Origin: Lingula anatina
Lineage: Eukaryota; Animalia; Brachiopoda
Direction of reading: 5' to 3'
Assembly (NCBI GenBank): GCA_051362555.1
Contig: CM120644.1
Coordinates: 14,716,534-14,780,533 of the forward strand
Length of the DNA stretch: 64,000 nucleotides
Shown here piece after piece: positions 47,132-61,047 of the stretch; position 1 is the stretch's first letter, and every line of letters begins with the position of its first letter. The notes under the pieces were generated by a model. The model did not search any database. It was not told the origin of the DNA and was given only the letters and a program-made list of their open reading frames with translations. Both the position numbers and the translations under genes were made by a program.

Positions 47132-47357
47132 CACCCCATTTCCATAGATTTTTAGATCGATCTATCCCTGTGGGGAGTCTCACTAGATTACTGTCAGCTT
47201 GGCCGGCTTAAGCGTCTGTCCCGCCTACTAAAAGCTGTAAGGGGGTAATTAACTATGGTGTCCGCTCGGCTGACTGCAATTTAGCCTGAACCCCCAGGGA
47301 GTTAGGTCGATCTAAAACTTAATCTTTAGATCAATCTAAATCTCTGGGAAAGCACCC
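47132..47357. mobile_element. Harbinger-type MITE, same family, inverted; TAA TSD
   Basis: TAA|caccccatttccatagatt ... aatctctgggaaagcaccc|TAA. Confidence 0.88.
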
Positions 47358-47599
47358 TAAGTTTCTAAACTTTTAAGAAAACTTTGTAATGAAGACTTGT
47401 CAAATGTGCCTTTGCAATGGTGGAAGCGGGTGGGATTATAGACTTGAGTGTTTTTTTATGGAAAAAATGGCTAAAAACTTCAATTAAGTGGTGTAGGGGA
47501 TGATTTACAGAACCTCTTTGTGACTTGGGCATTTATTTTGCTGGTAATCGTGATATGTCTGTATTCAAACTACTTTATTTCATCATTACCTGTCTATAT

Positions 47600-47843
47600 A
47601 TTCATATTCAGACATTGTACCAGCTGGATCGATCCAGCTCAGTGGTAGGATTCTTGCTAAAGTAAAGTTTAAGCAATCAACTTAATTGTCTGACATGCTT
47701 CCTTGAGCAGCTTAGGGGTAATTAAACCAAGGTCACACAAAAGTTAATTACCCCCCAGCTGCTCGCGGATGCAATTAAGCTGATTACATCGTGTACACTT
47801 AAACAAGAATTCCTGCAGAACCAGCCTGAATCTGAATGCTCCC
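47600..47843. mobile_element. Older related MITE
   Basis: attcaga...tctgaatgctccc|TAA; internal similarity to 59556-59793. Confidence 0.65.
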
Positions 47844-48639
47844 TAACACTAACAGTTATACCCTGGGAACTAACTTCATTTTAGATGTAAAAGAAAATAA
47901 ATCGGATTGCTTCCAGGAAAGCAAAGCTGAAGCTTGTATCGAAGGGCTAAATCTGACCTTTTAAATCTGCTCTTTTGTTCTGGGCATTAACGAGAATTAT
48001 GGTCGAGGTAAATAAGTTATTGGGCAATTTTCTACCATGGACATAAACCATTCAGGCTGTTGGAAGCTTGATATTTCTATTCCAATATCAGGCAGACAGT
48101 ACCTTTATTCCCGAGAGAGATTCTCAGAGAATCAGAACCAGCCAGGGTGGATGCATACCTGAATGTCACCTCCAGGTGGTGCTCATGCCAGGGGCCCCCT
48201 GGTGCTAAACACAGTGCCCTGGAATGTGTATGAATAAGTGTGGTTACTGTGACATTTAAATCCTGGAAAAATGCTTCCTTTGTCAGATTGATTGTTGGAG
48301 GGTACAGTACCATCAGGGGTTCCAAAGGGTTAGCATGGAAGAGAAGGGGTGAGGGATGGAGAGAGTGAGGTTGAATGTGTCTGGGAAGTTTACCTGAAAG
48401 CTTAGTACTGTATTTTAACATTTGATTAAATGTTTTATCAGTGGCTGACAGACATTTATCTTAACTCACTTCACTGAGTGATATACACACACACACACAT
48501 ACTGCCAAGACTTTTTTTCCATCATTGCTTTCCTCTGGAATATGCCAGTTTGACCCTTTCTCGCCATATGTCCTTGACGACTCAACTGGAATAATACTAT
48601 TTAATATTCTGAATCTAAATGTCAAGATGATAGTACTTG

Positions 48640-49180
48640 CCTGTCTGTAAATATCTCTCAGAAAATTTCTGAGACCTGAGGCTCCCAAAAGGGCCTCAGT
48701 ACAATATGATGAAGGTAAACTAAACAAGGCAAATGTCTGTAAGTTCCCATCACTCCATCCATCTGTATGAATTTTGGTTGTCAAACTTCAGTGTGTTTCT
48801 CAAATGTTTCTTAGTCAGGTTGCCAGACCCCTAACGAACCTCAACAGAAGGTATTTTTTTCAGGATTAAACAAACTTTGTGTTTTTCTGTCCACCAATTT
48901 GCATGTCTGAATTTTTGTCTGAAGGATCCAACTCTGTTTCTCATCTTGAATATTTTTCAGCTGGGCTGCCAGACCCCCCAAAGAGACTCACCACAAGTGA
49001 TTAGGTATAAAACAAAGCAAATGTCTATTAACTAATATGTGTGTCTGGTTACCCAGCTTCCTGCTTTTTCAGTGTTAAAGGAACTTATTCTTGTTTCTCA
49101 TCACTAATATCTCTCAACGGGGCGACCAGACCCCCAAAGGGCCTCAGCGCTAGGTGATTAAGGTATCAATAGTGCAAATG
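48640..49180 (+). repeat. Degenerate ~150-bp tandem repeat, 4 units
   Basis: Core ccagacccccaaagggcctca..tgattaaggta..aaaca..gcaaatg at ~48676, 48823, 48968, 49126. Confidence 0.65.
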
Positions 49181-51163
49181 GCATGGTGATGGAAGTGAAG
49201 GAATCTATTGATGAGCAAGATCAATGAAGATGAGACATTGTATCTTACGAAGGCCATACTCTGAGAGTCGCAGAGAATTCTGGAGAGTTTACACAAGCGG
49301 GATTGGTTTAAGCTTTCCTCATTATGCTATCTAGGAGCGATTGAACCAGGAGCAGAAGCAGGCCTCACCGAAAACTTAAGCCTAAAAATGCTAGCCTACT
49401 TTAACCCAAGATATTTTAAATGGTTTTTGATTAAAAAAAGAAACATACTTGCATCTTGATTAAGAGTTACTTCTTCATATGAGGATATACTAGTATGTGG
49501 TTTACAGTTTTCTCCAATGGTTGTCAACTAAACCATAAAACTGACATTGCAGAGTTTTAGTGCAAGATTTTTGGTTGCATTTGCATATGAATAAGTAAAC
49601 TGCAAGTTAAATACCAATAATTATCAAAGACGGGTGAATAAATTCAATTCCAAAAGTACATGTATGCAGCTGAGAGCACAGACGGGACCTTTCATGGCTC
49701 GGCATGATCATGGAAAAATGCACCATCTTATAGGTTGTTGTGATTCGCCTTTGGGAAGACCTCTATTAGAAATAAATTCTCACACCTTGGTGTTTACATT
49801 CACCTTCAATGTCATTGATGACTAAAGCCACTTTGTTATGGGGCATTTGAGGTGCACAATAATCACAATGGCGGGTTTAAAACGGTAGGGCAACAGGGCA
49901 AGGGTAGAGGTCACCTGTTGGTTTTAGAGGTCAAATATGTACCGACACGACACGATGTAAAGATTGTGTCGCTAACCTGTGCTCACAGCATCTTTTCATG
50001 TAGGTTCTTGCTACATCAGAACTCTGTCGATATTGTGTCATGTGCATTCTTTTCTTTGTTTGGTTGTGCCGTATAATAATAATTACAATATCTGGACTGT
50101 ATGGAGATAAGTTTATATGGTATAAAATGCTTATAATAAATGACTCAAGGTTGCAATTTTTACCTATTATTTCTATACACAGAGTCCTAAAGGCAGGGAC
50201 AGGGAGGGTATTGGGGAGGGGGGTTTGAGAAGTCCACCCTTTTGGCCAGAAAATGTCTGCTCGCAAAAATAAAAAAAACGAGGTTTTATGCCATTTTTTG
50301 AGCTGAGTGAATTTAGTGGGCAGAAACATTCACTTTTTTAGAAAAAGGACCCTCATCATCTTTGAAATTGCTGCCATGGCTACCAGTCTGATTGTCTTAA
50401 CATAGGCATGGAAGAGATGAGCAAGTCAGTTTGCATCATGAACTCGGATCTTTTTAGTGGGGGAAAAACTATCAATTGGTCAGGAATATCATTATTGAAT
50501 CATAAAAATTATATTTCTATAAAGCATTTGAGTTTCTTTTGCTGTATAGAAAAGAACTATAAAGTAGCCTGCTTTTTCAGTTATGTTGCTACCACTCAAT
50601 AGGAATGTTCTAATCCGAAGAATTTTTGACTTACAAAATTTGCAATTTTTCCTGTTGAAAAGATCGAGTCATTACATGCAGTTAATAGGCTTTCGTGTAA
50701 GACCAGTAGAAAATTCTAGTTTCGTAAGTAAATAGCATGTATCACTCAGTGCTTCTGATGTACATTTTAACTATAGAGAAGAGGTTTTCAGCAAACATGA
50801 GGGGAGAAACTATGTTACTTTCATGTCTTTTCTTTGATGTATTTGATTGAAGTCATCTTCAAGTGGTCAATAAGTAAAGATGAATGCCTCAGCCTGTCAT
50901 CGTTATCCTGTTATTCTGGCAAGAAAACCTGTACGAGGAGCCATTTTCTCAAATCGACTCAAGTCCTTAAGCAAGGACTGTTATGGCTTTTTGCCAAATA
51001 AGAAATTACTAATTTTTTTTCAGCTTTTTACTGATCGCCAAGATAAAATTGTGATGGCACTGAAAAAGACATACTCTCATTGGAAACAGTTACAAATTTA
51101 AGTATGTCAAGTGCATTCATTGTGAGTCAGTCACTTTTGGGCCATTCTTGGAGTACTGTCTTA

Positions 51164-51378
51164 GACCCCATTCTCACAGGTTTTATATCGATCTATCCTC
51201 ATGGGGAGTCTCACCAGATACCTGTCAGCTTAGCTGGCTTAAATGTCTGTTACGCCTACTAAAAGCTGTAAGGGGATAATAAACTTCCGTGCGTGGTCGG
51301 CTGACAGCAATTTAGAGTGAACCCCCAGGGAGTTAGGTCGATTTAGTTGGATTGATCTAAATCTCTGGGAATGCGATC
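51164..51378. mobile_element. Harbinger-type MITE, same family as 47132-47357
   Basis: TTA|gaccccattctcacag ... ctctgggaatgcgatc|TAA. Confidence 0.85.
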
Positions 51379-52098
51379 TAAAAATTTCTTTTAAATAGTT
51401 AGCTATTTGATTTTAGCAGCCACACTCAGTTCATTGTTTTGAAGGAACAGGTAATCCATGTGTCCATCAGTTAGAGTTTAGAAGTCAGTTCAGAAAATGT
51501 CTCGTTATTAACAACATCATTTTCGTTTTATGATACTTTCTGTTGTAAATCAAAATAGAGCCTTCAAAACAATGAATGTTGAAGCAAAATTGAAAATATT
51601 TTGGACCAATAAGCCTTCTGGCTTGTCAGGTTCAGACCAACAAACCTACAGACTAATGGACCTTTGGGGAAGGTGCTTCAAACTGGTAAACCGTCAATCT
51701 GACTGGAAAAAAGATGTCCATATTCCATCAAGTCTTGTAAACATATATCTCCTGCTTTCACTACTGCAGCTCTGTCATACAGGCTAATTATGGTAAAAAA
51801 AAAAAAGAATTTGTGCACAAGCAGAAAAAACCCAATAATGACAATAAATCAAATTAGTAATGTGAAGAAGCTTGTTGCAGAGTTTTTGTTCTACTTTTAC
51901 ACCATGTTGATTCATGGATCGGGTTCCACAGAATCTGCACTAAATAGTAGTTGATTTATGGTTTGTGGTTTGATAGGCTGAAAAGTGGTCAATTTGCAAA
52001 TCAGATTGGAAGAAAAATAAGTGATGTACTAATTTCTGCCATTTCTAGTCAAGTCCTAGTCTAACGGAGAAAATCTGGGAATCATCTGGGGGTATGTT

Positions 52099-52265
52099 CA
52101 GTGGCGGATCCAGAGATATTTTCTGACAGTCTTCCAATTATCTTTATTGCGCCATCCCCCATTTTTGACCGTCTTCCGACAGAATAAAACAGATGCCCGT
52201 CAATGGTAACTTGAAAATCTGACCGTCTTCCGGAAGACCCAGAAGACGGCCTAAATCCGCCCCTG
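52099..52265. mobile_element. hAT-like MITE with a 5-bp TSD
   Basis: ATGTT|cagtggcggatccag ... ctaaatccgcccctg|ATGTT; internal repeats tgaccgtcttccg. Confidence 0.75.
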
Positions 52266-55200
52266 ATGTTTGTCTGATTATATTACTGTCTGTTTGTCCA
52301 ACTGTCTTTCTACCTGCCTCTTTGTCCATATAAACAAACCTCACTTAATTTTGCCACAAAAAATTCCTCCTGTACCTGTTTATTGAACTATTCAGTGACA
52401 GCTTATTTATCAAGTACAGTACTAGTGGCTTTTCTTTGTCCAAATTAAAAATCAGAACTATTAAGTCAAATCTGGTGTGAACTGGCTTGAACTAATAAGA
52501 ATCTGCACTTGTATTGAAGAAAATAATGTGACATCAGTCCTTGTTTCTTCCCAAATAGTCAATTAAATTTTTCCCTTAGGAATAATTATATCTGTATAAA
52601 AGTACTTCTATTAAGAAAATGGTTCTATTGGATCTTTAAAGAATTAGACCAAACAAAGTACTAGTACTGGATGAAATTTTAGTCTCACTTCACATATATA
52701 GCAAATATGAAAATAGTAGATGAAGACATTGTGAATAGGGCAAAGGGAGGGAAAATTTGATTTAATTAATATTTTCTCACTGGTTATACTATTTTTTTTT
52801 TGGGGGGGGGGGGGGGGGGGAGAAAGCAGTTGCCTCAGATGCTAAAAGAAGGCCATGTGCCCAATATTTGGTAAAGCTAGCTGATTGATAAATGTGACCA
52901 TAGTCCCATGATAACCATCAGGAAGGTTTAATTGCATATTACAGAAGCACCAGCTGGTTGCCTGGATCAGACATCCAATTAGAGAGAAAGTACACGTATT
53001 AAAAAAGGAGCCTAGCTTACTGTAATATGCAACCACATTTGTGCAGTCTTTTTTTTCACCTCGTTTTCAGAGAAGGGAAAAGAAACCAAAGCTGCTTCTT
53101 TCTTTGGTGTTTTGAATTTGAATATTTGGTTTGATCTATTTTTTAAGGCAGATGATTCAGTTCCAAATACTTTGATAAAATAAATAAATTTTTTGAAAAT
53201 GCAGCTTTTCCAAAATGCTTGCAACATGCTGTGGTGAAATTTTTAGTGCAAATTTTCCTGTGTTAAAAACTGCAAATCGTAAGGTTGTCGGCTTACCTCA
53301 TTGATGTGCTTAGACCTTGCCATTCATCACCTGCTGTTTGTTGAGTTTGGGCATTATCCAACAAAAACCTCAAGATAATTCAACTGGTGTGTAAAAAGGA
53401 AAGGTAAAGGGTGCTTATTTCTCGTCTGGGTCTAATCACACTTTCGTTGATGTAAGCTGAAATATTTAATCTTACATATTATTTGATAGTGAACCTGTAG
53501 CCTCACAGTAGTGCGGTTTCACAGGTAGTTATAAACACATTTGTATGTCTGAGAGACGAGAAAACCTGAATGCCAAAGTTGTTTCGGTTCATCACAAAAG
53601 ATGTACTGCAAATACAACAGAGATAATGGCAGTGATGTGAAGTGAAACGAATGAGAATGCACCTAGATGAAATTGCTTTTAATGATTTTGAATTATATTA
53701 GAACTGGCTTCTAGACATCACACATGCTTCTGCCTTCATATGCATCTCTCCTGCCTACATTACAAGTTGCTTTCTGGGTTTTACCTGTTAACGAGTCAAG
53801 ATTCGCTTCAAATATATTGTACAGAATACTAATAGTGTACACTGGAAAATGCTTGCCAAGACAGAGAATACAAAACTGAACAGAAACAAAGCACATGTTT
53901 ACCTAATCCCACGAAGTTTGACAAGCAATAAGTTTAGTTCTGATGATTATTTCTGACAGATGGAGCCAAAAAACATGAATTTCCCCCCATCCAGGTGATA
54001 TCGTATGACTGGAAAGCAAACTGGAACTGTTTGTAGTTCATATCAAAGGGGAACTTCTTTTGATATTATTACACACGTGCTTTTAGATATTGTGTATCAG
54101 CACCTTACTGAAGCATGAATGGAAACTTGATAGATTTTTCATAGCAAAGAGAGCTTTTTCGTTGAAAAGCTTCTAGAAAACCGAAATAATGGTCATGCTT
54201 CTTTATTAGATGTCAAGCATGCCTACTGAAGCTGCTAAATGGTGGTTAATCACCCCCTTACAGCTTCAGTAGACGTGCTAGACAGCATAGCTGCTAAAGC
54301 TTAATGCAATTTAGGGAGAAACCCCTTGGAGGTAGGTCGATGGGAACGGGGCATATATTACAGAAATTGCCCTTCCTGCTTCCAAATTTTTAGGTGTATG
54401 ATCAAGCATTTTAAAGGTGTAGACTTGTCTTTCTGTAGTTGTTTGTGTGGTCTTCTTTAGTTCTTATCGTCTTTTGTGTCCTTTGTAATTGCTGCCTTTT
54501 TCGTGTGGGAATCCAGGAAGTAAAAATACTCTTTTATATTGGCTGAATAAATCTCGTCATTGAAATATTATTTTTGTTCCTAAAAGTTGCCATTCAAAAA
54601 ATTTGAAGAATAAAGGTTGATTGCTGCTTGAAGCAATGGGAATATATCTAGAAAAGGTGTCTTTTGGTATTTTGATTTGGGTGGTCCACTAATGCATGTA
54701 GCATTTTAACGCAGCAGAAGTAAATGTGGGTGTGCAGAAAGCCAATCTTTGAGTTGCTGAGGTATTAAGTACCTGTATTTTGGCATCAAGTGAAAATAGT
54801 ATACATTTGGTTTTCATATGTGTATTGGCTAGTGTGTGTGTATTGTAGACAATTTCATTTCATTTAAAACTGTGAAGAGTTTTATTCCTTGAAGCAAGCT
54901 TTTTATGGGGGCCAGCAGTTAAATGTTAGTGGTGTCAAGGGGGAAGCGGGAGACAGTTGGTGACTTGTTACTTAGGAATAAAAGTAAAATAGAATGATCT
55001 TATTCATGAAATACAAGGAAGAAATTTTTATTCTGTTACCATGAAAATGACACAATTATATCAATATGACATCAATTAGATTTGTAACATTAAAATTTTG
55101 TTGTCATCTTTCTTATTGTGTTACAACAGATTGTTGTTCAATGAATATTGGAATATATATCTCATGCAGTTTTGCCTGAAATTGCTTGTCACGTATATCG

Positions 55201-56725
55201 GTTTCTCTTCACCAACAGCAAGGCCCAATGAATTGTTACACCTGTTTTTCTTCCGACACACCGCAGTTAAATTATGTGGAAGTATTCAACATAGCTTTCC
55301 CTTTGTCACTGGCTGTGAAATGGTCGTGAGTAAGCAAAGTTGCAAACAGTGCATGCCTCTGGGCATTTTTCTTTCACTGTCGATTACACACGTGAATTTC
55401 GTCCTTTTAAAACGTGCGCACAATGGCAAGTTTAATAACCTGAAAGAGCGTTACTTTTAAATCTAATGGGTATGGCAAGTGTTGCTCAATATTTTCGTAG
55501 CGCTGTGTGTGATACAATGTCCACTCGTTTACGCACAATGGCGTGCAGCATTCCGATGGCTGTGACCACAAAACGGGCTGGTCATTTCTGATCACAGCCT
55601 AATTAAGTACAAAAGCAATTGGCTGGAACATTAAGTAGACATAGAGGGGCAAATTGGGCAGAAAGGTCCTCTTCAACTTAAAGAGGAATGTGCCAAAACA
55701 ATCTGAACGTCATTGAGAGAGGTGGTATCAGTGACTGGGCAGACCATATTGTACTGTTCACATATATATGGGAAATATCATGTGTGGCATTTTGAAATAG
55801 TTAGCAAAAACATGTAGTCATTGTAATCTGAGCCCCATAGGGATTAAATGAATGATCGTAGGTTTCCTATTGTAAAGAAAATAGCTGTTGATATATGTAA
55901 TACCAGTATAGGCATGCCTCACTATTATATATATACATTAGGGCCTCCCACCCACGAAAAAAGAAAAGGAAAAAAAAAAAAAAGAAAAAGAGAGAGAGAG
56001 AGAGAATAAAAACAATGTCCACAATTTGAATGCAAACTTTTTTCAGTGTAAAATCAATCAAATTCTTCTAGGAAAATTTTATATTTTCTTATTAAGTGTT
56101 CCTGAGGAATTTGAAAATGCATCCATCCCCATAAAAGAGAGTTATACAAACTAAGACGGGGTTCCCATACTTAGATCGATCCATCTGAATCAGAGAGTCC
56201 AAAATCTTGTTCTGAAATTTGATCACCCATTTACAGGGAGTCCAACTACAAATCATCCCCAAAAATTTCATAAGCCATCCAACGGTCTTTGAAAATATAG
56301 GCCTTAGGCTTCCTGTGAGACCAGAGGCCGTCGTAATGATGGCTGGACAGCTCTCTGGGAAAAGTTTTGCCTGATATAAAAGCTGGGAAGGGGAAAGATT
56401 TTGGCCAGTTCACAGTGGTGCCACCTACAGGACAGCCAACTCCACCAATTTATGTGTTGTTTATATATTGCTTGAAGCCAGAAAATGTAGGTTTTAAAAC
56501 ACATTCTAAGTGCATGGATTGCTCCTTGTTGAACTTATCTGAGGACAATTAAAACTTTAAATGAAGCATAAAAAGACAGATAAATGGTGTTATTCAATAC
56601 CATAAAAAATAATCATATTCATTAGCCACTGTCCAACCTCGGTAGTTGGTAATCTTGACACAGATTGAAAAAAGCGTGTTTTACAAGTCTGGTGATATCT
56701 GGAAGTCGAGTCAATGGAAGTGAAT

Positions 56726-56728
<3 letters not shown>

Positions 56729-56772
<44 letters not shown>
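56729..56772. repeat. (AT)n microsatellite
   Basis: Direct inspection. Confidence 0.95.
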
Positions 56773-56776
<4 letters not shown>

Positions 56777-57873
56777 AACCTCCGCTTGTATGTGGGTTTT
56801 GATCTTTGGCTTTTTTCAAAATGTGCACAGTTATGTTGAGTATCAGGAAAGGATGCTTAAAGGTCGTTTAATCCAGGGAAAATTCCATTTACCCTGGGAT
56901 AATTCATTTAATATGAATTTTGGCACCAAAACCATCCTATGTGTACCTTTAAGTATCCATTCTTTGTATGAAAGCATTTTGCAGCATGATTAGATTGTTA
57001 AAAATCTACATATTTTAAGTAATTGTGACAACTTTGTATCTGAATCAGAATCTCTCTGCCCAAGCATTTTTTCTTTTTTTTTTAATGTTCATATTGTTCT
57101 GATGTTTTTGCGATCAAATCTACTAAAACTCACAATTTTAACTGGCTCAATTTTACGTGGACAAAAATCACAAGGGTTTTCAATTTAATCCAGTTTTGAG
57201 AAATGCTTTCTGTCCTATCCGAACCCTCACCTGAGTGGGTATCTTATTGGGAAAACTACAAAGACCCCTCAGGCATACTTTGATTTCCACCTGTAGGCTA
57301 CGAAACTCATTATTTCTTTAGCGTATCATGCACCCAGGCACCCCGCAGGGCCAAGTACACAAACCATAGTTTCTCTCAAAACAATTGGGTACGTCAGCGA
57401 GGGCGTAAGTTTGAATCTGCGATTATGAACAGTTTGAATGGGCTGCGAGGGGAAAAGAACAATTTTATCAGTTTGTTCAGCGATGCCCTTTGACCTTTGT
57501 GCTGGTCGGAAACTCTAAAACTAAGAGCGGGTCAGAGGGATTGACGATTCTAATTTTTGTTTTCTTCAGAGGTTTTGACCTCAAAGTGTTAACACACCTG
57601 CACCTGTCGCAGTTTCAGGTTGTTGACGTATTTTTATTATGGTTTCAGGTGTGTTGCATCTGAAGACATTGAGCCTAACATTGAAATATTTTGCTATCAC
57701 ATGTGATATATAGTAAAGAAATGGCACAGAATATTTTTCTTGAGCACTGAGTGCCAAGGTATGGGTGTATGTCTGCTGGTGCATGCATACATATGCAAGT
57801 GTGTTACAGTTTGTATATAATTATGTAAATGCCCATGTACCAGTCGTCTGTCTGTTGCTGTTTTAAACTGTAA

Positions 57874-58149
57874 GGGACCATTCCCAAAACCCTATCATAC
57901 TTGCTGGATTCTTAGGGATTCTTGCTAAATTGGATTCAGTTTAAGCAGTTTTAATGTCTGGCACATCCCCTTGTAACTTAAAGTAATTGGATAACGTTGG
58001 GAAAACTTTGTGGTCCATGATGTTGTTCATGTTGCTTTGCGATGAGGGTTTGCCAGACAATTAAGCGGATTACACTTTAAGCCTCAGCGAAAAATCCCCG
58101 CTGAGAAAGATCGATCCTACTAGTACTATAAAGTTGTGGGAACATTATC
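57874..58149. mobile_element. Older Harbinger-type MITE
   Basis: TAA|gggaccattccca ... tgggaacattatc|TTA; internal ggattcttgctaaa and aattaagcggattacac shared with 47600 and 59556. Confidence 0.6.
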
Positions 58150-59555
58150 TTAGAGATGTTCGTGACAACTACACCTCAACTTACTAATTAGAATTTTGGA
58201 TTTTATTTTTCAAAAAATGATAAACAGGAGGTCATTCAGCTTCTTACAGAGAATTGATTTTGTTCAGGTATATTGAGAAATTACCTTATTAGTGGATGAT
58301 TAATAAGGGAGGAAAAGCCATGAAGTCTAACATGTAATTTTATCAGCTGGAAGTGAATTATTGAGAAACCTATTTGTTATATATCTTTTTTGCCTTGCTG
58401 AGGGTAGGTATTAAATTTTAAACATTTCATTTCAGTGTATTTTTTACTTCTTAACAGTGGGTCTTAGCAGCAGACAAATGATCACTTTTACCTTTCTTTC
58501 CACACATTTTCACCCTTCACCATAAATCAATTGGAGGTTGATGCTCTAAAATCAAGATAATTTTTGGAACAGGTTACAAAAGCCAGCAATTATGTTGTCT
58601 GATAAGCCCTCTGTGTAGCATCTGGAACACGATTGCAAAGCAATAGGTCCCCATTGCTTAGCACAGTCATAGTATGGTGTAACATGTCTGCCTGCTGGTA
58701 AAGATCGATTTTTGTAGACCAAATGGTAAATTTGATCCTTGTCCTGGGGCATGAAAGTTGTTCAGGAAAAAAGGGTGGTTGAAGAACATAAATAATCAAG
58801 TTGAATGTGATATCAGTTTTCTTTTTATTCATTTGGAAGCTTTTGCCTCTAGGGATACGTCTTACTACAGGTGCTATATATTGTTTCGTCATTGAGGACT
58901 TTGAGTAAATATTGATGGAGGAGATCTGTAGGTGAAGGATTTTAGGGGCCATGGTCGCAAGTGTATCTGAATGGGAGTCAAAATACCTCATTCTTTTAAG
59001 TGATTGAGTTTATTATTTTAATTGTAAATCAAGCCATTGTCTAAATTCAATGTTTTAAAGGTGGTTGACTTTCAACTGATTATGTTGAAGGGTAGGGTGT
59101 CCTTAAGGCACATTTCCATAAAAGCTATGGCAGCTTAAACATGATACTTGTTACCTTCTACAACTGGGGGCTGATGTCATAAAAGAACTTTGGTCTATTT
59201 TCACTTCAATATAAATAGCAGTCCAATTAAATTAGTACAATTAAGTATTGGTCTGAAACTTAAACCATGTCTCTCATGTTTATAAATCGGGCACAGTATT
59301 TGATTTATGGGATGACTACTGATATATCTTGACTCAAAGTGAATGTAGTTTGGAAATTTGGTCTAAAAGTTAAGACACTTTTTTTATAAAGTTCTTTTGT
59401 GAAACAGACCACAGATATGGTTATTTGCACTTCTCTCTATTGGTAACTGTTTGCCACCCTATGTTTCATAGGTCTCTGAAACTGCACACTTTCTCAACTA
59501 TCAGAGTGCATCTTGCCTTTCCAGTTATTCAGTTTCTGGGCTACTCAAAAATTTA

Positions 59556-59793
59556 GACCTTGATCAGATTCAAGCATAGTACCAGCTGGAGCGATCCAGC
59601 TATGCGAGGGATTATTGCTAAAGTGCATTCAGTATAATCAGCTTAATTGTCGGACAATTAATTAGTTAGTACCCCCTATCAACTGGAGGAGGCATGTCAG
59701 ACATTTAAGCTGATTATAGTGATTGCACTTAGGGAGAACCTCTCCTGTAGAGTTGGATTGATCCAGCTAGTATGGGTTTATCTGAATGCTCTC
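59556..59793. mobile_element. Older Harbinger-type MITE
   Basis: TTA|gaccttgatcagat..accagctgga ... gatccagctagtatgggtttatctgaatgctctc|TAA. Confidence 0.7.
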
Positions 59794-61047
59794 TAAGGGT
59801 GCAGTGGACATTTTCAACACTTTCTGTGGGCTGCTGTTTTTTTTATTATTATTTTATGTAAAAGCAGTATGGATTTGACTGGGACTACTCTGCTTTACTA
59901 AAACCTTCAAGACCAACAATGACTCAGATAGATAAATACATTTATTGTTATAAATAGCTCGGTTATGCCAGAAATCAGTTTATGTTAGATGCTTTTGAAT
60001 TTGAGGATACTTGTTATTGCTGTTCATACAAGATGGCGAATACTTCGTTCTGGCTATTCCACAGCTGGCCTTTTCGATGGCCAGTGACTATTACCATGGG
60101 ATAAGAACAATTACGCGGCTAGCTCAAGATCCCTCTTCCTCCTAATAACTTTGTTATACCAATATAATAATATTATATTTCTGCTGAAATATCCATTTGT
60201 GCATAAACCCATTATGAAAAGGGAAAATAAAATGAAAATGGAATGACTATTCAATATTTTGATAACTGAATTTCTAGAAGCACTCAGTATGCGGGCTGAG
60301 CTTAGGCCTTAAGGCAAATTGTAGCCATTTTCTAGACTTATTGTTTGCATACTAGAAAATAAGTATGTGTAATGTGGCTACTCTATTCAAATTCGTTGAG
60401 GCCTCCATCTGCAAAATGTCCAAAGAGAAAATTGAATCTAGTTCTCATGCTCTTAGCACAAATGAACTACGTAAGGGGTTATAATGGAAAACAATTTCAG
60501 TTATCATTCAAGGGGTACAATTTAACTTTATTTGGATTAATTGTTGGTTCAGTCAACAAGTGATCTTAATTTTGCAATCCATATTTCCTGAATAAAAGGA
60601 CAGAGTTAAGAGTCAATTCATAAGTAAGGTTATCGCAATCCCATCCAGTTGCATGTACTAGTACTTATATTAGATTATTAGGCTTGAAAGGCGGTAGTTT
60701 GACCTAAAGATTGACTGATGAATGTTGTTTTTATAGGCATGTTAGATGTTATAATTATATTTTTTCATCATTATAAGTGTTGGACCTGTGGCCAGGATTA
60801 GATTGTGTAATATGACGCATACGTTGGAAAGTGAGCCTACTTGCCATATCACTTTTCATGTGAAAAATACGACTGAGATTTGATGTGGCCGTTATGTCAA
60901 CATGAATGTGTTTACTGACTGTGTATTAACTGAAACAGCTTAACAACTAAAAAAATATTTCAAATTGATAGTAAATATTATAATACTAAAAATAGAATTG
61001 TAAATCTCATGTGAGACCTAGGGAATGTAATGACCACAAATTGTGAA

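Noticed and set aside
48077-58991. Intronic ORFs over 100 aa (48077, 48461, 49931, 55098, 58590)
   Set aside because: No recognisable domains and compositions typical of random AT-rich DNA.
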